Part shown: piece by piece, positions 22,888 to 32,800 of the stretch
Numbering within the stretch: position 1 is the first letter of the stretch
How the letters are laid out: each line of letters starts with the position of its first letter
NCBI GenBank assembly: GCA_003427395.1
Contig: BFEA01000006.1
Span: 8,111,551-8,175,550, forward strand
Direction: 5' to 3'
Length of the DNA stretch: 64,000 bases
Source: Chara braunii
Taxonomy: Eukaryota > Plantae > Charophyceae
Made by a program: the position numbers and the translations under genes
Notes under the pieces: model-generated
Seen by the model: the letters and a program-made list of their open reading frames with translations, nothing else
Told to the model about the DNA's origin: nothing
Databases searched by the model: none

Positions 22888-24003
22888 TCATCCTTGATTA
22901 AGGGCGACAGGGGCCGCAGCAGGGGGAGGCTGATTACGTTTCGGCTCCGGACAGTCTCGGGCGAAATGCCTGGGCTGTTTGCAGTTAAAACACTCAATCT
23001 TTCCTGTTGGATTAGCTGGATGAGAGAACTGCAGTGCGTACCCTGGTGCAGGCGGAGTAGGCAAGAGTGGAAATGGTGCGGGGGCAGGCCGAGTAGGGGC
23101 CAGGTTAGGCTTAACTAGCCGGTTCATTATCTGTTCCATACGTTCCATGTGAGCCGCCTGCATCTCGATCAAGTTGCTCATCCACTCGGACTGCTTGGTA
23201 GTGGCCGTATGGATCATCTGGGCGAGACGTAAATTGGTTATGGCTGGCGAGGGGGGTTCAGGTGAGACTCTGTTTTTTACTGTCGCGATCGATTGGTTCA
23301 CGGGGGGAGAGGAGGAAGAAGCAGGCAGGGTATCGAAGACGATTCCGCCTAAGAGGTCATGGTCGGGGCGGGGATAAAACCGTTCGACCGCCTGCAACCA
23401 CGATCGCCTTTTAGCCGTTACATCCCGTATAGTATCCGTGATGTCTTCGTCTCCCTGGCTGATATACTTTTTTGTATCAGCCAGATCTAATTCCAAAGCT
23501 TTAGTTATGATAGCCGATAACGGGTGTGTTTTCGGCGGAACCTTCTTCTGTAACTTCCCTTTCAGTGTCGAACTTCGTAGGTGATCGATAAACAGATCTC
23601 GAGCGGATTTCTCATCTCGCCTGGATTTGTCCAACGTGGTTTGAAACCGATCGACAAAATCGGGCAACAGTTCCCCTGGTCCTTGAAGTCGACTTTTGAG
23701 TACATACCAGGCAGCATCTTCACTAACCGTATCGAATCGAGCCAAGAAAGTTCGCTTGAAAGTATCCCAATCTACCCACGTATGTTTTCTAAACCAGTCA
23801 TGCGACGTATTACGAAGTAGCAATGTCAGAACTCGGGGAAGATCGGTTGCACTGTAGTTTTGAGCTTCGACAGCTTCTAGCCAAGCGTCAGGATGGGTAT
23901 GGTTAGGGAAGAAGGGGAAGGGGGCAGGGATGCTAACAATCACCCTAGTATCGTCCACCATTGGTATTGCGGGTGCTACCGCTCCAGCCTGAGACTTGGT
24001 CAC
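22888..24003 (-). CDS. gag: Gag with CCHC zinc knuckle, same frame as pol
   Basis: WDTFKRTFLARF, QGPGELLPDFVDRF, CFNCKQPRHFARDC. True start uncertain. Confidence 0.9.
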   Translation of the reverse strand: MTKSQAGAVAPAIPMVDDTRVIVSIPAPFPFFPNHTHPDAWLEAVEAQNYSATDLPRVLTLLLRNTSHDWFRKHTWVDWDTFKRTFLARFDTVSEDAAWYVLKSRLQGPGELLPDFVDRFQTTLDKSRRDEKSARDLFIDHLRSSTLKGKLQKKVPPKTHPLSAIITKALELDLADTKKYISQGDEDITDTIRDVTAKRRSWLQAVERFYPRPDHDLLGGIVFDTLPASSSSPPVNQSIATVKNRVSPEPPSPAITNLRLAQMIHTATTKQSEWMSNLIEMQAAHMERMEQIMNRLVKPNLAPTRPAPAPFPLLPTPPAPGYALQFSHPANPTGKIECFNCKQPRHFARDCPEPKRNQPPPAAAPVALNQG

Positions 24004-24084
24004 TCGGCGATCCCGACGAGCTAGTTGAGGGTCTTTCCTAACTATCGCCAGTTCGACTCACTATCATCAGAACCGACACGTGTC

Positions 24085-24097
24085 GGCTCCGATACCA
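24085..24097 (-). promoter_or_regulatory. Primer-binding site for initiator tRNA-Met
   Basis: TGGTATCGGAGCC against the canonical TGGTATCAGAGCC, directly adjacent to the 5' LTR. Confidence 0.9.
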
Positions 24098-26787
24098 ACC
24101 TCACGCCCTGTGTTGTCTTCCGTTCGGAGTGTTAGGCATGCGAAAGGAGGCCCAGAAAAACAGCAAGATGGGGTGTGCCAAGGATTTTTGGGAAATTGAG
24201 TGTGGGGACTAAGACGAAACTTAAATCCCCCGTGTTGGTTCGATGGAGCAAGTCGATCGTTTTCGCACGTCGCGGAATGCACACGCGGGCAAGGCGCAAA
24301 GAGGGAAAAATTCAAATTCAATCTAAAAAGTATTGTCGGGCTTCCCACTGTGCTACGGCCCGTCGTTTAGAACGGAAGGGCTCAGGCACGCTTCGTGTGT
24401 CTCGTTTTCGTATCAAATCCCGTCGTCGTTCGTTGATCAGTTCCGAGTCTGACGTGGAGGGTCTCAGCTGCATGGCTCGTTCTTTATGCTCGTCTTCACT
24501 CCGCACACGGTAGTGGAAACCCCTAGATTCGTAGCGCTCAAAGCGCTGACACTCGGTACATAGAGTGCGCAGCCAGTGGGGCTCTACTGCCGTCCACGGG
24601 ATGACGATCAACTCGTTGAATGGCAACAATATCGAATAAGGTGGGAAGTGCGTATCGATAATGACAAACCCGACTTCTACGAATCCTGCACAACGGTCAG
24701 CCAGAGGGAAGTAGTATTGCCCGCCGATTTGTGCGACGGCTTCTCGTACGTCCCACTCACATACACGTGTCATTTCCTCGCTGTAGGGAAAATGTCGCGT
24801 TGGGATGGGAGATACGGGAGGCTGGCGCCCAATCGAAGGGTACTTGTCAGTCCACATGTCAATCAATCGCAAATATCCCGAGACGTCATTAAATACAGAA
24901 GCGATTCGCGCGACCTCCAATCAATCATTTTGACACAAGAGAGGGAGCAAACACGCATGAGCTTGATCATGCATATGGCTAAGGGACCGATCAGTTCAGC
25001 ACAACGTTGGTCCCTGGCGCCTTGTTTCGCAAGGCGGCCCGGTGGTTCGGCTGCTGATGTCGTGCAACATAAGGCAAATGGCATGCGCAATGCTCTCGAG
25101 ACTACAGATCTAAACACTCTTGCATTCTCGAACAAAATCCCGATGACAATCGTCTAATCAACAGGAAAAGAGTCACACGTTTCCATACATGCATTCACTG
25201 TGGAAGGTGCGAAAATGAGACATGCACAGGAAAAGATAGGTCGCATTGCANAGTACACACGCATCCACCGTTCACAAGACAAGAAGACGGGGTCCTTGTA
25301 TAGGAGGATTGCCCAGGAAACTAATGGAAGAGTTTCGGAAGAAGTTCTTTCACAGAGACACAGGATGCCGACTCATTTTCATTCAAGGAAGGGACAATCA
25401 TTCAGACGTATCGTCATTCAAAAAGAGAAAGAGAGAGAGAGAGAGAGAAAGAGAGCCGAGGAAAGTCAGAATAGAAGATGACAAGGTCCAGAAAGAGAAA
25501 AGTTCGGCGTCACCGCCGTACACTCATGCCAAGGATAACAATCCGCAACACGGGCGCATTCGCCGTTAATTCCAATATGGCCCCGGGCCAATCAATCACT
25601 CAACTCCAATCATCAATCCTCATACCCGCACCGACGATCCCGGCCGTCGCGTGCTAACTCCCACCACTGCGATCGTCACCCCGCTGTCGTAAACTCGACA
25701 CTGTTTGCCCAGATCCCACAGTTCGTCGTGGCGATCAAGCGCGCAACCGGCCAGCCTATCGTCAGCCGGACAGGACTTTCCGACTCGCATCAACCGACTC
25801 TACCTAGCCACTGTGTCCCGGAAGATGGCTTAGGAGTCGAGAACGTAAGAGAGATTTGTGGGCGCGCTTGCGGGTTTTATAGTTGCGAGAAAGGAGATAG
25901 AAGGGGGAGAGAACGATGGGAAGGCGGGGGTGTAGGAGGAGAAGGAGGAGAAGATTCTGAGAAGAGTGCTCTACGAGCGCCATGTTGATTCCTCGGAACT
26001 CAAGGTTCAACCAATCAGATTCGTCGCGTGATAGGAAGGTCCGATCGATCCACGCACCTGATTGGCGAGTGGGAGTTATCGGGGGATCGACCGGGCGTCG
26101 TACATCAGACTTAGAGGGTGAGAAGAGAAAAGGAGCGAGAGGTGGCGCAAGACGGGTCCAAGATTCAGATGATCAAGAAAGGGAAATGGGCGCACGGAAG
26201 CAAGGTGGGAGAGAGAGAGAGGGAGAAGGAAAAACAGTTACGGGGATAGAGAAAAAGGAGGGAGAAGGGAGGGGAGGCGCGGGAGGGGGCAATGCGGGGA
26301 ACAGAGAGGAGGAAGCTTTTGCATGCACGGCGCCGTCGACAAAAAAAAAAAAAAGGCACTGAAAAAGTTACAGCTTGCTTCTTTCCTAATTTAAAATTGA
26401 AATCACCATATCCGTGCGCGAAAAAGCGACGCGGGAAAAGAAAATCCTACACTTATTCGTATTCATGCAAAATTCCGAGAGTTTTCCCCGACGCGCGCAA
26501 GAACATTTACACACCCAAAGAGGACACGTCGAAGTTCCGCTTATCCCGGAATCCCCAACTACCGAGCCCAATTCCCAGCGCGCTCGCTAAGGCGCGCGCA
26601 AATTCCCATGTATTTCCCGACTTTGCAAAAAGAAAAACAGAACTCAGCAGTCGAAAAAGCTCTCAGAAAAAGGGAAATGCGGCATCCGAAAATAATAAAT
26701 CGAAACGGGGTCTTCCTGGGGTTGGTATGATACAGGCAAAAGAAAGGGTACGGAAGATGGCATGGGTTCGGAAAGTGGTTCGTCACA
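24098..26787 (-). repeat. 5' LTR (lacks the terminal 11 nt present on the 3' LTR)
   Basis: Co-linear with 12116-14801. Starts TGTGACGAACC on the minus strand. Confidence 0.95.
24318..24920 (-). CDS. LTR-encoded unknown protein (sense to the element)
   Basis: Open frame, conserved in all three LTR copies with many synonymous changes against the solo LTR. Confidence 0.7.
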   Translation of the reverse strand: MEVARIASVFNDVSGYLRLIDMWTDKYPSIGRQPPVSPIPTRHFPYSEEMTRVCEWDVREAVAQIGGQYYFPLADRCAGFVEVGFVIIDTHFPPYSILLPFNELIVIPWTAVEPHWLRTLCTECQRFERYESRGFHYRVRSEDEHKERAMQLRPSTSDSELINERRRDLIRKRDTRSVPEPFRSKRRAVAQWEARQYFLD

Positions 26788-27164
26788 ACCGCACCCTTCA
26801 ATTACCCATGTTACGGCCCTATAAACCCCTTTCGCCATTGTCGGCATTTCCTGAAAAAGACGTCCTCGCTACGCGACAAAATGGAACCGGTATAGCGCAG
26901 CCTCCTGGCTGCGAACAATCAGAAAAAAAAAAAAAAAACCATCAAAAAATGTCTGTATCCTTTGCACAGTCAAAAAGCTGATCCGAAGTTCAGTTCCTGA
27001 ACTGTGCCGTCAACTGTCACCTATGACGGACAGGCCGGCCAATGCTTTCTAAACCATTTGGATTTCCGCAACCAAAGGTGCCACGCCTTTACGTCTCCTC
27101 TGCCAGTGCAAGACGATAACATGCATGGACTCTTATCTTCTCTTTTTTTTCTTTTTTTTGTTCT

Positions 27165-27331
27165 CTAAATCACTAGTACCTCGCCCAGTGTTGGGAAATT
27201 AGGGAAAACTGGCAGTTTTCCCAAACTCCTGAAAATTCGGAGGCCGGGCCCGACGACGGCTGCCTGAAAATTCTGAGGCCTACCCCCGAGGCCCACTATT
27301 TTCCCACGCGGCAAAGGTACTAGTGGTTTAA
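27165..27331. mobile_element. TTAA-family MITE
   Basis: ctaa-atcactagtacc ... ggtactagtggt-ttaa. Confidence 0.65.
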
Positions 27332-27350
27332 AAGAAAAAATCCATTGCAG

Positions 27351-28300
27351 GCTGGGAAACGGGTCCAGCGTCCCGCACATCTGAAGCCGCGGCCTACAGG
27401 GATGAGCAAGGCTCTCTGGTCAGGCTAACCCAAACCACAGCCATTGCGCAAAGCTCAGTTTTTTCTCAACGGCGATACCCAAGGCAGTCATTTCATTTGT
27501 ACATCCTCCAATGAACAATACGACCCCTACCTCGTACGCCCAGTACCCCAACCACCAATGCTCTATATGCCCAGGAGTTACACACCTTCTACAACAGCAA
27601 TACAGAACACAAATTTTGCATTATCAAACCACCTCCACCCCAGGCTACTTCAACCCTTCGCCCTTGGTCACTCCATCAATCTACATTCTTAATATCTACT
27701 GCAACTAGCAGCTAAGTCCTTTCTACCACATTTGTCTCTAAAGTTTTTCACAAAACATTGTCATTCTGGAGCTCAAGGAAGCATTTTTACAGACAAGTTT
27801 CCAAAAAAAAAAACAGCGAATCTCAATTCTGGCGGTCTCCCTTCATTCTGAATTACAGCGACCATTCCTAAAAACATCTCCCAACGACTAACAAACAGTT
27901 TGAGCGACTTCGCAGATAGCTTTGAGCGACTTCGCAGATAGCCTTTCTTTTGGACTATATATTCCCAGTCAGCAAGAATTGCCTGTTTGATACCAAACTT
28001 GACTTCTGGTCTGACCATCGGTGGTGTGAGACGTTACCCTCTTCTCACCGCTGAGTTTCTCAGTGTCCAAAAGGTCCTTAGTATTGCTCCTCTAAGTGTC
28101 TCCTCAGCATACTGAAGTGGATCCCCTCTTGTGTCTAATCTGACACCGGGTGGCCTTGTCAGCCCAGGGTGGCCTTTTATTGCCTTCAGGGAACCCCCAA
28201 TGGCCAGGGGATAGCCTGTAGCAGAGGGACCGAGCATCATCTGAGTGGCCAGCCGCTGTGCCTCCTCCATTACCCCTCCTCATATGAACATCTGCAGAGA
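27351..28300 (-). mobile_element. Decayed LINE ORF2 C-terminus and 3' UTR
   Basis: LRGAILRTFWTLRN...ILADWEY...LFVSRW resembles the C-terminus at 55355-55882. Shared 3' motif at 27351-27374. Confidence 0.5.
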
Positions 28301-28339
28301 CTGTTTTTAAACGCCAACTGGGGGGCACCGATGGGCTAT

Positions 28340-28457
28340 CTCTAGGTGGCGGGCGCCAAGCATGCCCAGGAAGGTACATGAGGCCAAATTGAATGGGGAT
28401 TGAACCCAAGACCTCCTGAATGCCACTTGCATGCCTAACCAACTGAGCTAGGCCGCT
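28340..28457 (-). mobile_element. tRNA-derived SINE
   Basis: GCGGCCTAGCTCAGTTGGTTAGG...GGTCTTGGGTTCAATCCCC (A and B boxes). No intact cloverleaf. Confidence 0.65.
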
Positions 28458-29356
28458 GGATTGTTATTAGTTATCTATTTTTCATGGTAACCTGCCTGTT
28501 CAAAAAGTATATAAAATAAACGTATATGGTGAGTAGCATAAACAAAGATGAACTAGTAAAAGAAAGATACAAGTTTCCTTAGGATATGAAAAGTAATCAC
28601 TGGAATATTAATAGCAAATTGTTTGTTCGAGTGGACTGAAAGCCTCCATATCATGCCAGTTTCAACAGCAGAGCGGGCTCTTCATGCGTTCCGGGAGCTA
28701 TCGTTGCAGGTGACTAGGCTTGTCTTGCTCCTTCAGATCTTCCAAAAATGTGTGAAATCCGCACCTCCCAAGAGAAGGAAAAAAGGCCTCCTGCAAAAGT
28801 TGTCGCTAGAATTGACTTTCGGTACGGAGCTGCCTACCCTTCACCAAATCCAAGCAGTGGAGCAGCACGCACCTACTGCTGGTGGTGGTGAAGTTGCTGC
28901 GAAGAGCGAGGATCCCTCTCCAGGGATGAGTGCCGCTGATGAAGCACACAGCTGCTATGACGGTTGTTGGAAGGGAAAAGTTATAAATCCCCCCCCGAGG
29001 CGACGTAACCTTTGTATGCATTTGCCCCAAATGGCCCCAGCGGCGACGAAACCTATGGGCGCATTTGCCCTCAAAAGGGGCAAAAAGTGCGAGATGCCGT
29101 GAAACAACTTTTTGCGTCATTTTGCACCAGTTACGCCTGCTGTGCAAAAATACCCGTCTGACCCCTAGGCCCTCTGTGAGGCAGTCCCACTGCAGGACAG
29201 AGTAGACACCGCAACAGCTGAGCCCCGTTCTTATCCCTAGTGCGACTGTGTCGTCCAAAGAAAGATCAAGTACTTACGGCCTGGTTCCACTACTCTCCTC
29301 CATACGCCAAGGATTCCTAGTGTGACTGTGTCGTCCAAAGAAAGATCAAGTACTTA

Positions 29357-29828
29357 CGGCCTGGTTGCACTATTCTCCTGCATAAGCCAAGTTTGGCGAG
29401 TAGGCGCCTGGTTGCACTTACTCACCAACCAGGCGCCTACTCGCCAAACTTGGCGAATGAAAAATATGTCAGACTGCTTGCCACACCATCGATACAAGTT
29501 GTGGCGAGTGTTTTCGGTTTCCCCGCCTCTGCACGGCGGTTTGTGGAGGGTGGTTCCCGGACCTCACAAGTTGCGGAGAGTGTGTTCGGTTTCCCCGCCT
29601 GTGCACGGCGGCTTGTGGAGGGTGGTCATCGGACCTAAACAACTTTCTGGAAAGTGCACGGCTTCACAAGTCGAGATAAGGCAGACAATTTTTTTTTACT
29701 TTTCTGTAGAAGAAATATAGTGGCCAGTAAGTGCAACCAGGCCTACAGTTCGACACTATTCTCTGTTTTTTCACTCTCCACCCATCCTCCACGAATTGTG
29801 GCGGATGGCGAGTAGTGCAACTAGGCCC
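29357..29828. mobile_element. PIF/Harbinger (Tourist)-like MITE
   Basis: TIR cggcctggttgcacta / tagtgcaactaggccc with TTA on both sides. Confidence 0.75.
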
Positions 29829-29896
29829 TTAGAAAGATAGCAGTAGGTTTATTGCGAGCCGTTGCAGTTGTTCTGCTTTTTTTTTTTCCCCCTTGA

Positions 29897-31234
29897 GTGC
29901 CTAGTTGCACTACTCTCCATACACCAACTTTGCCAAGTTTGGTGAGTACGCGCCTGGTTGCACTTACTCTCCAAACATGGCGAATGCAAAATGTGTCAGA
30001 CGGCTCACCACACAGTCCACACAAGTTGTGGAGAGTGTTTTCAGTTGCAAATACGGCCTGTCGCAGGAGGGTGGTCATCGGACCTCTCCACAAAACAACT
30101 TTCTGGAAAGTGCAGGGCTTCATATGTTTTTCGAATATTTCCTTCATTCCTCTCTCTCTAGAAATATAATCTAGATCAGGCAGACAATTTTTTTTAGAGA
30201 AAACTAGGGCGCTGTTAGGGTTAGAGTTTGAAAATACGTTTCAAACTGCCGTTTGGAGTCCAGTCCCCTCTCAAGTTCACACTGCAGTCCAAACTCGTAG
30301 GTCGCGTGCCTGTCGCAGGGCAGAGTTTCTAACTGCAGTCTAGTCATCCACGTCGGAGGGCCAGGCCGTTTCCCAAAAAAAAAAAAAAAAAAAACAAGAA
30401 GAAAAAAAGAAAAGCTCGTGGCGCTATATCTTTCCATGTTCTAGCAGAAGATTCACTCTCAGTTTCCACGATAGAAACGTGCAAAAGGAGAGTGAATCTT
30501 GGTTAGAACATGAAAAGATACAGGGCCACAAGCTTTTCTTTTTTTCGGGCAACGGGGATACAGGTGCCCAACGAGATACACGGGCTGACAACAACGCAGA
30601 GGCCCTAAGAGGATACACGTGCTGAAAACAACACAGTTTCTTTTCTTTTTTTTTTCTTTTTTGTTTTTCCTTCTCAGACTTCCCTACCTATGCGTGGCAT
30701 CCTTGGGGCCTCGTGGCGTTGCATCTTTCCATGTTCTAGCGGAGGATTCACTCTCGTTTTTTTTTTGTTTTTTGTTTTTTTTTAATATCTGATCACCGTC
30801 GCGTGGCTGGCCACTGCCGCGATGCCTAGGCCACATCCGAGGTAAAAAAAAAAAGAAAAAAAGAAAAAAAAGAAAGAGAGAGAGCATCTCGTCGCGCCAC
30901 GGCCGCGATGCCTCGGCCACGGCCGAGATATAAAAANNNGGACTGGACTGCAGTTGCAAACTCGGCCTTGCGACTGTTGTGCATGTAGAGAGTTTCGACT
31001 GCAGTTGAAACTTGGGACCGGACTGGACTCCAAAACCGCAGTTCGAAATGCATTTACAAACTGCTTTCGTGACTGCGCCCTAGTTACCCCTTTTTTTAAA
31101 CTTTTCTGTAGAAGAAATATACTGGCGAGTAAGTGCAACACTGAGGCCTCGGGTTCTACACGATTCTCATTTCTTTTCACTCTCCACGCATCCGCCACGA
31201 ATTGTGACCGATGGCGAGTAGTGCAACTAGGCCC
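29897..31234. mobile_element. Second Harbinger-like MITE of the same family, interrupted by a nested element
   Basis: Same TIRs and body as 29357-29828. Confidence 0.7.
30197..31090. mobile_element. Nested TIR element (GGGGTAACTAGGGCGCAGTCA family)
   Basis: Inverted termini and a ttttttta duplication. Related ends at 34338, 34787, 42553 and 44428. Confidence 0.65.
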
Positions 31235-31861
31235 TTAGGCAAACTCAGCAAGGACTCCTGTCTTCACCCGGAGAATAGAATGCTTGGTCATTATCATGCA
31301 TCTGGACTAAAAGATGCCAGCTGTTGTGACCTGACTGTGGGTGAAGACCCTAGTCACCGTACAGACAGCTGCAAGGGGGGGCCTTCATATGTGATAGACA
31401 CCGTTTTATCTTCTTCCTTCCTTCCTTCCTTGCCCACTCTGTGGGCTGTGAGGACTAGGCCCTGTGAAAAAAAGAAGAAGAAGAAGAAAGACCAAGCCCA
31501 AATGAACCACTAGGGGAAAGGGGCAACATTCAAAACTACCTCCCACCCTGAGAGGTAACCTCCCTTCACTGAAGAGAGAGAGAGAGAGAGAGCTATGCTT
31601 GCAGGGTTCCCCTGTATAACCTTATGAGTAGTGGCAGGTAGTTATTGCAAAATGAGAGATGTGTTCCATGACATGGCAGAACGCCAGTGAAAAATTGAGA
31701 GAAGAAATATAGCTTCGTTAAAAAAAAAAAAAAAAAACTTAGTACGGTCTTGCTGTCGAGTCAACGATCTCCTCTACTTTGCGAAAAAAAAAGACCAAAT
31801 TGAACCAAAAAGTCGAAAAACCCCAAAAAAAACGCATCCTCTCTACATATAGGACTCTTCT

Positions 31862-32800
31862 TCACAACAACCACCACGCCCGATGCCGCCGACGAAGAAA
31901 CCGGGCAAGGTGACATCGATCGTCGGCATTTTGATCATTCTCATCCTGTTCACACTCAGGTCTCACAGGGTAACCTCCCCTGCTGCAGAGGAATACGGCG
32001 AAAAGGACGCCCAAGAGGACGATATTGATGATTGACATGGAGCGCCAGCTCCTTGTCAGAGTGGCCACGAACGCAGCCTTACAGGAATGGCAGTCGAAGC
32101 ACTTCTCCTCCTCACCGTTTTGGAACAGCGAGCAATCCCGTTCGGCGAAAGAAGAAGAAGAAGAAGAAGAAGAAGAAGAAGAAGAAGAAGCAGAAGCAAT
32201 GGCAGGGATTTCGTAGAGCGAAGCGGAGGCGTTGATCACGGCAAAGCCGCACGAATCGGGCGGCTCACGGCACCCGGATTGAAGTCCGTTGAACTTCAAG
32301 TTGATGATCCCGGTTATGCGATCAGGCTTCTGCAGGGACAGTTGCTGGCACTCCTCCCTCTGCGTCAGGCACTGCTTGATTTGGCTCCACCCACTCTCGT
32401 CTCTTACTCTCTGCCGCATCCAGCGGGAGTAATCGGCCAACTTGAACTCCCTGTACCCCTTGCCTTCTACCACGTGTCCGCCGTTTCCGCCAGTCGACAC
32501 CGCGAGACCGAAGATTGTGATCGCAAGCGAAGAGTAAAACAGGGGAGGGAGGAGAACGCGGGCAGGGTAGTGCAGAATAACATCCACGTCGGGGCGATTC
32601 TTAAACCAAAGGCTGAGGCACACTGACGACAACGAGATAAACAACAACCCGGCGGCGGTGGAAAGAACGAAGGTGTCGAGGAATAGCTCACAGGAAGCGG
32701 CCTTCTGAGGCCATATCCCTCCCACGCACAACCCGCTGAACAGGAAGGCGGAGCCTAAACAGAAGAAAGGCACAGCTATCGCTCCCGCAAAGGCAACCAT
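31862..32800 (-). CDS. Plant-type tetraspanin (divergent, intron-less)
   Basis: GGIW after TM1, GYREFKLADYSRWMRQRV..W..IKQCL, QSGCREPPDSCGF, DC..F.N...KCFDCHSCKA..V....SW, and TM4. Probable ATG at 32800; the frame is open to 32950. Confidence 0.88.
   Translation of the reverse strand: MVAFAGAIAVPFFCLGSAFLFSGLCVGGIWPQKAASCELFLDTFVLSTAAGLLFISLSSVCLSLWFKNRPDVDVILHYPARVLLPPLFYSSLAITIFGLAVSTGGNGGHVVEGKGYREFKLADYSRWMRQRVRDESGWSQIKQCLTQREECQQLSLQKPDRITGIINLKFNGLQSGCREPPDSCGFAVINASASLYEIPAIASASSSSSSSSSSSSSFAERDCSLFQNGEEEKCFDCHSCKAAFVATLTRSWRSMSIINIVLLGVLFAVFLCSRGGYPVRPECEQDENDQNADDRCHLARFLRRRHRAWWLL

Larger units (their letters stand above)
12105..26787 (-). mobile_element. Full-length Ty3/gypsy-type LTR retrotransposon with split pol/integrase and extra ORFs (decayed copy)
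   Basis: TGT...ACA termini, ACCG 4-bp TSD (12101-12104 and 26788-26791), two ~2.7-kb LTRs, tRNA-iMet PBS, and gag-PR-RT-RH plus rve integrase on the minus strand. Confidence 0.95.

Noticed and set aside
22876-22890. Programmed readthrough at the in-frame TGA between gag and pol
   Set aside because: The copy has many other transition-type premature stops, so CGA>TGA decay is simpler. A family consensus is needed to decide.
28340-28457. Functional tRNA genes at 3845, 28340 and 53391
   Set aside because: A and B boxes are present but the cloverleaf stems are broken, and 3845 and 53391 share a non-tRNA tail; treated as SINEs.
28623-29258. Overlapping 150-160 aa ORFs
   Set aside because: No recognisable motifs, paralogs or splice context.
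30689-30793. 17-nt U6-like match (30689-30705) and 13-nt U2-like TTTAATATCTGAT (30781-30793)
   Set aside because: Too short and inside a MITE, with no extension.
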